Shown here: positions 26,619 through 36,672 of the stretch, one piece after another
Layout of the letters: every line of letters begins with the position of its first letter
Position numbering within the stretch: the stretch's first letter is position 1
NCBI GenBank assembly: GCA_001179505.1
Contig: CDMY01000275.1
Span: 248,001 to 312,000, forward strand
Source of the DNA: Vitrella brassicaformis CCMP3155
Taxonomy: Eukaryota; Protista; Chromerida
DNA: 64,000 bases
Reading direction: 5' to 3'
Translations under genes and position numbers: made by a program
The notes under the pieces: generated by a model
What the model saw: only the letters and a program-made list of their open reading frames with translations
Database searches by the model: none
Told to the model about the DNA's origin: nothing

Positions 26619-29209
26619 ATGAGCCATGGATTGGAACCGATGGACAATAAAAAACGTTCTCGTTCTCGGTAACCGAGCTTGAGAGAGATGGCATTGCATG
26701 GGATTTCGTGCGCGTTGTGCGGTGCGTCTCAGATCCCGATTTGCCGCCCTTCGCCGAGTTGCCAGACCAGAAGAGGAAAGTCGAGGTCGAGAAGGAGAAA
26801 GAGAAGTCCAAAGTCAGCTGGGACCGAGTGGTCCACCGGCATACGCCAGCCAATTCTCTTCTCCGTACGCGGACATTTCGCATCAAGATACCCGTGGACG
26901 GGCAGGAGCGGGAGTTTCTGCTGCAGCTGCTCAACGAGCCGTGTGCCATTCGCCTGTGTGACCGGGGCGGCTTGGTGCTCAAGACCATCATGGCCAAGAG
27001 GTTGTCGGGTGTGAGGAGGAAGGGCATGACGCTCGAAGTCCGCGTCAAGAAGGAGACATTCGACGTCATCTTCGGAAACCTGAAGGAGTGCCTGACGTGC
27101 TGCGATTCGCTGCGGCTGATGTATGGTATATTGGTGGCATTGGCGAGTTACAGCAGGGAGGAGATCCGTCAGATGGAGAGGGGCGATGGCGAGGGGGGCG
27201 AGGTTGAGGTTGAGGAGGTTGAAGAGGAAGAGGAGGACATTGTGAGTGAGGTGGACCCACTCATGCAAGAGGATGACCTCAGGAGAAAAGCAGGGTGAGA
27301 CAGACAGACAGACAGACCAGGTGCCAAACTTTGCATTGTTCGTTTGTCCCATGGTGTCTCCCTCAGGGGCCGTCGGCGGATCGACTTCCTCGAGGGATGT
27401 CCTATCCACGGCGACCGGCCCTGTGACTGCCAGCTCGAGAGACCAACATTCAAAGCCACACGACAGGCGCTCTTCCTTGCTGGTGAAATTGAGACGGCAG
27501 AAGAGGTGCCGGAGGGCAAAAGACCACCCTCAGATGCACGCGCCAAACATGCCGCGAAGCGCAGCGAGGCGGATGGGCTCAAGCAGAAGGGGGGAGAGGG
27601 CAAAGGCACCCTTGAGGCGAAACAAGACCGCATGTTGGCCGACCGCTTCCCCGTGGCTATTGAGGGGCGGCTGGAGCCAGGCCGTGAGGTGCGGATGAAG
27701 GAGCTGTCGATATTGGGGGCATCGGTGCCGCCGAAGCTGTTGGAGTGGTATGTGGCCGAGAAGCCTGGCGTGCCGCCTTCATTCCCCGCCGACGCCACCA
27801 GCCAGTCGCCACTCTTCAGAGTTACAGATGAAATGGTCCGCAGGAGAATGGAAACGGATTGTCCGTTATGCTTTCACGCGCCGTTCATGTGGTTGACGTA
27901 TGTCAGGTCGGGCATTGTATTCGGTTGCGTCTGCTTCGTCGACTGAAGGAGCCCCGTAAGAAGAATGCGATTATCGCGAGCATCGCCACGTCGCAGCCAG
28001 TGACAATGGATGACAAGGTGGCCCGCATCATGATGAAGAACCTGGTGGACATCCCTGTGGTGTATGAGGCATACTTCAAGTGGCCCGACGCTTGCCGCAT
28101 GTTCCTCGTCGACACACACACAGACGAGGCGCCCAAGAACCCGATCGTTCAGATCAATGTCATCATATCACGCTACGTACGTAAGACAGAGACACACACA
28201 GTGTCATGCCCTCTTCTCTCTTGGTTGCAAGGTGTATGTGCATGATATGGTCGTTGTGCTCATCAGGGTATAGTGGTCAAGTTGACGGATGCGGCAGCGA
28301 TCGACCTCGGCATCGGTGCGCCAGCAGCCAAGAAGGAGGGCGGGAGTGAGGCCTCATCGGCATCAGAGACCGATGAGGCAGAGGGGGCTCACTTGGAGCG
28401 TCCATTTGGCTACCCTGCCTTTTATCTGTCTCGCCCGCTGAACCTGCATGCACCGCGCAACAAGGCGCCGGGAGACCACATGCACCTCTACCTCAACATA
28501 TGGACGTAAGCAGGCTGAGCACAGAGACAGACAAGCCTTTGCTTGTATGCGTGCGTAAGTGGGCACGTATCTATCGTGTCTCTGTGGCTGTAGTGGTGGG
28601 ATGACGCCGACCACGTATCGACTGGAGCTGCCGTCTGAGGTGAGGAAGGAAGTGCAGCACAAGAACGAATTGAATCTATTCCGGATGCACCCGTATGATA
28701 TGTATACAATCGTGGTGGCTGTCAATGTTGAATAGGACGTCCGCAACGAGTTTTACCACACAATCCAGCTGTGCAAATTTCTCAGAGGAACATTCAAGGT
28801 AGACAGACACTCACAGACGGCCGTATATACAATACACACATATACAGCACAGATACACACACCTGTGACTGTCTGACATCTTTGCAAACTGCTGTTTCTT
28901 TCACAGGATGTAGATCGGTGGCGTGCCGACCTGGCCGTGGGCTACTACGCCCGTCTCAAGAAACTATATGCATATCTGTGGGCTACCAGAGCAGAGGAGC
29001 TCACCAACCCCCCGCCCCCAGAAGTGACAGCGCCTCCCGTCAGAGGCCCAGAAGAGTATGAAGAGGAAGCTCCGGTTGAGGGTGCTGGAGTGGGCCTGTA
29101 CGAGGAGCTCTGCCCTACGTGTCACCAGCCGCTACCAAAAGTCCACCGAGAACAACACCCACAGCAACAGCAATGGGGTGGTGTGCCGAATGAGGAGACA
29201 TACGCATAG
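26619..29209 (+). CDS. Hypothetical multi-exon protein, possibly with PH-like folds (start uncertain)
   Basis: Long ORFs at 26708-27298, 27344-27946 and 28937-29209 joined by GT-AG introns. The segments MTLEVRVKKETFDVIFGNLKECLTCCDSLR and YRLELPSE/DVRNEFYHTIQL resemble the last strand and helix of PH folds (inference). Confidence 0.55.
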
Positions 29210-29250
29210 TCCCGAGTGGACTGGGTTCCTGGCTGCTGTGTCTGAGGGAA

Positions 29251-32200
29251 TCATTCACCGCCAGTGTCGGTGAGTACGTCGAGCAGCCACTTGACGTCGG
29301 CACAAGGGGCCCTCTTCAGCACTGACATGACCTCCATCCTCTCGTGTCCCATCGCAACGGCATCCCGAGCAGTACTCAGCATCTGAACGAAACAAGGAGA
29401 CTGTCGCGCCGGCAAAGGCGGTGCCAATTCACCTGCATGCGCAAGAATGATGGCATGGTGGCATCGTCGAAGGGAACGCTCATGCTTTCGGCATCTTGTC
29501 CCTCGCTCTGGTGTCTTGACACGGATCTGCTGCGGCCCCTTCCCCTTCGCTGCGTTCGCCGATCACGCGTGTGTGTTTTCTGGACGGGCTTGGTTCTCGA
29601 TGGCTTGATGGACATGCGCTCGTAGAAGGATGTCATCTCACCTGAATGAAGCGCGGGGAGAGACAGATTTGTGGGAAGGGTTTGTCGTGTAACGTCTGGG
29701 TGGTGTGCCTGGTAGTGAGTTGAGGACATCGGCTGCTATGTTGGGCCCTCGGGAGGGATGGCGGTGCAGAGATACTGACACACAGACACATATGGATTGA
29801 GCATGCATAGATAGGACGTGGCATGCAGATTTGTGTGACAACAACAAGGAAGGAGGTGCGTTGTGCCTTTCTGCTTCTCCACTCACCTCTGTCTGATGCC
29901 TGCCGCATCTCAATGATTTTCGCATCCAAGCCGTCGCCACTCTTCATGCCACCGTGGTCAGTACAGACTGAGGACAGCCAGACAGAGGTAAGTAAGAGGC
30001 AAGTCATCACATCACATCACACAAGCTGCTGCTGCTCGCCTTTGCAACGAGTTCTGCTGCTCTCCTACTTCCTACCTATAGTGATGGATAGAGGCAGGTC
30101 AACGGTTTTCTGTATCTCTTCCTTCGTCAGGTCCCAATCAGAAAGGTCGCTGCAGCACAGCACGACAAATACGCTTGTTTGCACTCATGACACTCATGAA
30201 TGGAGGCTTTGTTGTGTTTGTTGCACACCCGTCCGTAAGTATGAGCAAGACCCAGTACTTCTCGGTGTGCTGTTCTGTGGCAGCCCAGCTGCCTGCGATG
30301 CTGACGATATGCCTCAGCAGTGTGGGGCCGGAAAACCACGTGTGCTTGAGGGCGTGACGGTACGCCTGCAACACACCTACATGCATCCATGGCCATGGAG
30401 GGTGGGAGCGAACGTACAGGAAAAGCGATCGATACACTGATTGCCTCACGCATGTGGCCCGCCTTGTTACATGTGGTATCATACCTTGTGCCCCCCTGAC
30501 CATGGGGCTGAAGTAGCAGCCCTTCAGCGAGAAACAGTGCGATGTGTAGCTGGAGGGCGGCAGCCTGTCAGGACACACAACACAACACAACCCACGCACA
30601 AACAAGACACATGGACTCAGCCGAGAGGTAAGCTGAAAAACACGCAGGCAGATTCGCTTCCTTTCTTTACTTGCTTCCAAATCCGTACGGAGCGATGAGG
30701 CCATTATCTGCGGTTTCCGGCCGCACACAGAGGACGTGTCTCTCTCTGATGCGTGTATATGTGGATGTACCCAGGTAGCGGTGCATGACCGTGGCCACTT
30801 CCTCCACGCACTGCTCATAAGCGTTGCCGCCCTCCTCCTCATATCGGTGCAGCGACGCACCGTTGACTGGCGGCCTGTTACTCTGCGTCATGTCGATGGC
30901 CACCAAGAGACCCAACTTCACACCCGAGTGGATAAAATCCAGGAAAGTCACTCTGCAAGCACACGACAGAGAGAGAACACACAGGATCTTCCACAGACGC
31001 ACAATGATCGTGTCTCTTCTTTTGCATGGTGTGTATGATGGTTCCCACCGCTTCTCGAATTCGATTTTCTCTATCTGCGCTTTGGCCTGTGTACGATGAA
31101 GGCCATTGCGCTGGCTCAGTGCGAAGACAGAGGCTTTGATGGATATGCTATACGCCAGACAGACAGACAGACAGACGCGGTGATAATTCTTCCCACCCAA
31201 TGTTGCTTCCTTCCCATCCACCCACCCGGCGACAGAGCATTTCTTGAGAGCACCGCATGTGACCATCGCCACAGTCAGGTGCTTGCACATCGGCTGCCGA
31301 CACTTGCTGCACACACACACCCTCACAATTAATGGCATCTCTCGGCTGGCTCGGTGCGTCCACGCATCTCACGTTCGATTTTCGAGCGCGCCTTCCTTGT
31401 CTGGTGGGACGTTGCTGGTGTGCATGAGGAGGCCAACGCAGGTCTCGGGGCTGTAGACCGACTTGCCATCCCAGTCGTGAGCCGATACCACCCACTTGAC
31501 CGGCAAAACTGCATGGAAAGACGGCTGCCGGGCCGTCAACACCTCGCTGGTCAGCACAGGGTGGAAACAAGACGCTGCTCGCGATGCGTCCACGCGGTCC
31601 AGGGCGTCTTCTGCGGCATCAGGCCCTTGGTCCCTTATCTGTTTCCGCAGCTGCTCGTCCACACACTTGCACACCGAGATGACACAGCTGTCCCCCCGCC
31701 GGGCGAAGGGGGGGCGTATGTGCATGCTGATGAGGTCGTTGCTGCCCTTGGCCTCCACGCAGCGGACATCGATCTCGATGAGCTCGTCGTGCCTCTTAGC
31801 TTTGTGCTTGGCCCGCATCGACACAAAGTAGTCATCCTCATCCTCGTCCTCCTCGCCTTCTGCCTCGTCTGCGTGGCGGGCAGGGGTGGCCTGGGTGGTG
31901 TGTGACGGCCGTAGGGGCAGAGTGAGGGTGCCGCTGGCCACCAGGTGAGACACCTCGCACTCAGCCTCAGCAGAGAACAGCCGCTCGCCTGACGGCTGGG
32001 AGGCGCTACTCTCCTCATACAAATCAAACCTATACATACATGCGCACAGAAAGAAGGCGCAGTGGGAGTGACCCTTGCCCGAGCGCGTGCTCTGTGTGTC
32101 CCCCGGGTCCGCTTCCTCCGTCCGCATGAATGCATTCACTCATGCACCGTAGGTGTTGTGTGGCGTTGAATCGGTAGAGGGCCACGGCGAGGGGCTGGAA

Positions 32201-32601
32201 GTCCAGGCTCTGCCGGTTGGTGTCCACAGACGCCTGTCTCGCGGGGCCCAGGGAAACCCACTCCCCCTCATCAGATTCTGGCGGACAGAAAGAGTTCATG
32301 TGACCGTGCGTGCGATGATGCAAGGCGCACATGGCTGACCTGTTCGGATGGCCACGGCACAAAATACACGCCGAATGGAGCCTTTCTGTACGGTGGGGTC
32401 GAAACAGCTGACGGAGAGCTCAATGCGGCTGGTAGCCTCGGACAGATCGTCATATCCTTGGCGTCTGTCAGTCGCACAACCAGGCTTCTCATCCGCATCC
32501 GTGTTGTTGTCCTGGAGGTCTTCATCGTCATCCGGAGCGTATGGCTTGACCTTCGACTTATTCCTGCCGAGCACACCGCGGCGGCAACACACCTGACCCA
32601 T
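29251..32601 (-). CDS. Copine (C2 domains plus vWA/copine domain) with an N-terminal acylation motif and a C-terminal UBA-like segment
   Basis: vWA motifs: VTFLDFIHSGVKLGLLVAIDMTQSN, SLH, NAYEQ, YGFG, GVLQAYRHALKHTWFSGPT, YWVLLILTDG, LPLSITIG. N-terminus MGQVCC. Last exon AVAMGHERMEVMSVLKRAPCADVKWLLDVL. Confidence 0.85.
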
Positions 32602-32708
32602 CGTTCTCGAGAATATAAGAGAGCCCGCCTTCGCTGAGACGCGGAGGCTGGGGGCTGGCCCCCACGTAAATATTGAGTGCGGTTTCCCCGCCCGGCTGCG
32701 CCTTGGGC

Positions 32709-32927
32709 AGTAGTACTTATACAAGGGATTTCCAATACTCGCTTCGCTCGCATTGAAAATCCCTTGTATGGGTTTTTTGGGGTTGTAGGGTTGCAAACCG
32801 AGAAACCCCAGAGAGAGGGAGTATTTTGACGAGGAGTGAATGTGCGTTCACCCTGTGGTCAGTACGCAGACGTATATATGTATGTCCTTCAGTCATTTAG
32901 TTGGCCATCGTCCATCAGATCGTCCGA
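32709..32927 (+). repeat. Left terminal inverted repeat (74-bp perfect core, imperfect to about 220 bp) with internal hairpin
   Basis: AGTAGTACTTATACAAGGGATTTCCAATACTCGCTTCGCTCGCATTGAAAATCCCTTGTATGGGTTTTTTGGGG; internal 13-bp stem at 32719-32731 / 32757-32769. Confidence 0.95.
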
Positions 32928-33169
32928 AAAAATGTATGTATGTCCAGACAGACAGGCAAAACAGACACACACAGACAGACAGGCCGACACGACAGACATA
33001 CACGCATCTACGCATCAGTCCCTCCCTCCCTCCCATTAAGCACGTGAGCACGCATCGGTCATCTATCTCACCCGCCTCTCTCCCTACGTATTAAACGTGC
33101 AGACAAGCACGTATGAAGTGATGTCGGCTACTCATATCTAATCACGCATTCACCAAAGAAGCACACAGC

Positions 33170-33540
33170 AGTGTGTTCCCTTTCCCCACTCACAAAGCAC
33201 GCCATGTATCCATACAAAGCACGCAATGTGTTCCCCTTTTGCGTCCATGCAGCGAGAGTAGGGAAGGCAGTATGTGTCCTTCCCTTCTCCCATCCACGCC
33301 ACGCAAAGCACGCATCAAGCGAGCACAAGAAAAACAGGCAACACACACGCCACGCGTTATATTCTCCTCTCCCCATGCACGCAAAGCATGCAGTGAGTTC
33401 CCTTTTGCATTCATGCAGCGAGAACAGGGAAAGCAGTATGTGTCTTCCCCTCCCTCGCCCACGCCACGCAAAGCACGCATCCAGCGAGCACAAGAAAGAC
33501 AGGCACCATTTACGGACACGTAGAAAAAGCACACCCCTCT
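33170..33540. repeat. Degenerate tandem duplication, period about 166 bp, inside the element
   Basis: CATGCAGCGAGA...GCAGTATGTGTC...CCACGCCACGCAAAGCACGCATC...AGCGAGCACAAGAAA.ACAGGCA occurs at 33246 and again at 33412. Confidence 0.8.
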
Positions 33541-33666
33541 CCCCCCATTGAGTGTCACTCACATGTCCATCTCTATACGTACGAGGCTCGTACGCAAAGC
33601 AAGTAGCCTGCGTCTGTCTGTACGCCAAGCTCTTACTTCTGTCCGTCCATCGGTCACCAATAATCA

Positions 33667-34044
33667 TCAACCTACATACACATACACGCACGATGCACAC
33701 AACGCTCCTTCCTCCCTCTGTATCCCACCTCTCCTGAGGAAGCTGAGGATAGGGGCTTCCTTGTCCTCGTTGGGGGTGAAACTGCCGTCTTGAATAAACA
33801 CAGCAAGTTGATTCCACGTGAGGGGGTGGAAGTTGAACCCCTCTTCATCATGTGGACAGCTGAGTAATACGTGGGTGTTGTTCTCATCCTCCATATCAAC
33901 CAGTAGCAGAATATCCCCTTTGGTGGTGTGTTTGCCGATGACAATAGGCACGACTTCCTTCTCTTGCATCTCAGCGAGGTCGTCCGACTTGGTGGTTTTC
34001 GCCCTCTCCTTCTCGCCAGTCTTCTTCTGAAAGGAGTTGCCCAT
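33667..34044 (-). CDS. Cargo ORF A: small intronless hypothetical protein (MGNSFQKK...)
   Basis: Complex, non-repetitive 125-codon reading frame (EVVPIVIGKHTTKGDILLLVDMEDENNTHVLLSCPHDEEGFNFHPLTWNQLAVFIQDGSF), divergent from ORF B. Confidence 0.55.
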   Translation of the reverse strand: MGNSFQKKTGEKERAKTTKSDDLAEMQEKEVVPIVIGKHTTKGDILLLVDMEDENNTHVLLSCPHDEEGFNFHPLTWNQLAVFIQDGSFTPNEDKEAPILSFLRRGGIQREEGALCASCVYVYVG

Positions 34045-34246
34045 TGTGAATTGAGAGAGGGAGAATGCGGGGCACAGGAGGGTTGCGGGATGGCAGATGC
34101 GAGCGAGAGGGGCTGGCAGGGAGCCGAGAGGGGACGCTGGGAGGCCGAAACAACAGCGGACGCCAGTGTGTCCGGTTTTTTGCGAGCTTGAAGCCAGTGC
34201 GAGCTTTGCGATCTTGAAGCCAATGCGAGCTTTTGGGCGAAGACCG

Positions 34247-34732
34247 ATGCCGGGAAAGCGAAAGCATAAGACTGACGCTGATGATGTTGACGTAGAGCAA
34301 GAAAGCATGAACGGCGGATCTGAGAGTGCGAGTGCCAAAAGCGAGGCCAAACCGAAGAAACGTGGACCAGGTCGTCCACCAAAGAACAAGCCCGAGGAGC
34401 AGCCCAAGCCGGAGGCGGAGATGGAGGATGAGCCAAAGAAGGACACGAAGGCCATGAGGATCTTGAAGAAGTTGATGCAAGTCGAACAAGACCTCACCAC
34501 GGCCGAGGAGACGAAGAGATCACACGAGGAGGAGGTGCAGAAGTGCAAGGACGACATCAACAAGCTCAAGCCGAAGAAGCAGAAACTAATGGACGACCTG
34601 TTCGAGGCAAACAACCAAGAAGACGCCCTTGCTGCTGCTGGCACACTCTCGGGTCAGGAAGCCGCCGCCGCTGCTGGCGGACAGAAGAACGGGGACGGGG
34701 AGGGTGAGGGCAACGGAGAGGAAAACAAGTGA
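34247..34732 (+). CDS. Cargo ORF B: intronless AT-hook plus coiled-coil protein
   Basis: MPGKRKHK (NLS-like), KKRGPGRPPK (AT-hook-like GRP core), coiled coil AMRILKKLMQVEQDLTTAEETKRSHEEEVQKCKDDINKLKPKKQKLMDDL. Confidence 0.7.
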   Translation: MPGKRKHKTDADDVDVEQESMNGGSESASAKSEAKPKKRGPGRPPKNKPEEQPKPEAEMEDEPKKDTKAMRILKKLMQVEQDLTTAEETKRSHEEEVQKCKDDINKLKPKKQKLMDDLFEANNQEDALAAAGTLSGQEAAAAAGGQKNGDGEGEGNGEENK

Positions 34733-35149
34733 GGGCGGAGATGGGGTGCGTGAAGGCGGGCAGGGATGGTGTATGTATTTCATCTGTGCGTATTGACTAA
34801 CGACCCTCTTTTTCTATGACGTTCCGTCTGTACGTGTTGACCTCTGACCCGTTTGTGTCCTCATAACGATGTACACACGCACGAGCACTCTCTCTGTCTC
34901 TCCGTGAATCGACCGACCCAGAACAGCGTGTGAAAGCAAAACTGGTGCCTGCCTACATGCACACATCCACACGGACACGTAATATTGACAGACAAAACGG
35001 GCAATCGCATTCACACACAGATAAAAGGCACGATGCACGTGCAGTCACGAGCCGAAAAAGCTATGTGTGTGTGCGTAGATAAAGCTCATGAGTAGTCGCA
35101 GGCACTGCAATATGCTACATCATGTGAGGCCTTTGGGAAAATGGCACTC

Positions 35150-35430
35150 ACTCGCTTTCTCCTCCCTCACCCGACACACGCACTCGCTCCCACCCCACGG
35201 CACACGCACTCGCTCCTTCACCCGACACACGCACTCGCTCCCTCCTTCACCGCACACGCACTCGCTCCCTCCCTCCCTCCCTCACCCGACACACGCACTC
35301 GCTTCCTCCTTCACCGCACACGCACTCGCTTCCTCCCTCACCGCACACGCACTCGCTCCCACCCCACCGCACACTCACTCCCAGCCCACGGCACACGCAC
35401 TCGATCCCTCCCTCACACGCACACGCATTC
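35150..35430. repeat. Minisatellite of roughly 25-30-bp units (CACACGCACTCGCTCCCTCC...TCACC) inside the element
   Basis: About 9 imperfect tandem copies of CACACGCACTCGCT(C/T)C. Confidence 0.85.
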
Positions 35431-35455
35431 CCTCCCTCCCCAACTCATGTGCTGC

Positions 35456-36452
35456 TCACTGGGTGAGGTCAACAACGCTGCTGCTGCTGGCGGTGTTGGT
35501 GGTGGTGGTGTTGGTGGGCGTGTTGTTCGTGTAGATGTCCGACAACAACAAACGCCGACGGCAGAACGAACACTTGCGGTAGAGTGTCGTAGTAAACACT
35601 GCACAATCCTCACACACCTTGGTCTGGCAGCAAGGGAGGGTGATGAACGCCGTCTAAGGCTTGGCGTTATAGCAGGTGACACACTCGACCAACTCGGGCT
35701 GCTGGTTGTTGGTGCCGTTCGTATCATACACATAGACACACACATCACACACATGCTTCTCGCTGTATTCACCTGCATCAGTGTGCCATCCAGTGCTGCG
35801 ACGATCGAGTCGTGGTTGTCGGGCGTGTCCACACACCATCCATCCTTGATACGCGCACGCTTGATGATGGTCAGTTGCTGCAAACACACACACAACACAG
35901 AGATGAACACCTTTGCACGCCGATGGGATGCTGTGCTGTGCTGTGTTTTCTCACCTCATCAAACGCTTCCAGCATGCACTTCGCACAAACAAAGCCCTTC
36001 TTGCCCGTGTGCTTGCTGGCCGTGAACTCCAACACCGACGCAAGCAGTGGGTTGTCGGTTGTCGTCTTCCACTTGGTGGGGATGTGGTCGGCACACACAC
36101 GAGCCGATCTGGTGCCGTCACGACACCGAGGCGAACAGCACACGATGCTGGTCTTGGTGAGGGACTTGGAACACCCGCCGGTGATGTCATACACGTCCTT
36201 GTGCATCACGCATGGCTCTCCCTCGATGTAGCGATACGTGTCGCTCGTGTTGACGAAATTGAGGAAGGCGGTGTTGCAAATCTCCTTGACCATTCCGTCA
36301 GGGTGCTCTATCATGCCGTCCTTGCTCTTGCCATCGGCGAGGGGTGCGTGGAAGTGCGGACAGAACGTGATGGGCGTTGTTTGCCCACCAAGGTTGATAG
36401 TCGAGGTCTCACGCCACCCGAGAGGGGGAAAGTCCGTGCGTTTGGGAGCCAT
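35456..36452 (-). pseudogene. Cargo gene C: Cys-rich protein with a C-terminal RING finger interrupted by an in-frame TAG
   Basis: Exon 1 MAPKRTDFPPLGWRE...CAKCMLEAFDE, two GT-AG introns, last exon PELVECVTCYNAKP*TAFITLPCCQTKVCEDCAVFTTTLYRKCSFCRR. TAG at 35654-35656; natural stop at 35456. Confidence 0.7.
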
Positions 36453-36530
36453 GAGGAGGGAGGGAGAGTCGGCTGTCTTGCGAGCTTACAACTGAGCTTG
36501 CTACGCCTTTCTGCCACTCCATCTGCCAAG

Positions 36531-36553
36531 AAATCCCTTGTATAAGTACTACT
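36531..36553 (+). repeat. Orphan internal copy of the element's right terminus (23 bp)
   Basis: AAATCCCTTGTATAAGTACTACT is identical to 38756-38778 and in the same orientation. It is followed by CATCAG, not by the TSD. Confidence 0.9.
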
Positions 36554-36672
36554 CATCAGGTGGGTAGACGAAGCAAAAGCAATCGAGAAACACACAGATC
36601 CGTTGACATCGGTGTCTGTCTGTGTGTGTGTGGTTCAGGGACTGCCGGTGAGAGATCTGTTGCCCTGTGACG

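Noticed and set aside
28702-28735. Possible ultra-short intron of about 34 nt
   Set aside because: An upstream GT donor (GAG|GTGAGG near 28639) gives a normal intron of about 97 nt in the same frame.
35141-36025. 294-aa plus-strand ORF with THALAP repeats
   Set aside because: Translation of the minisatellite plus the antisense of the RING gene.
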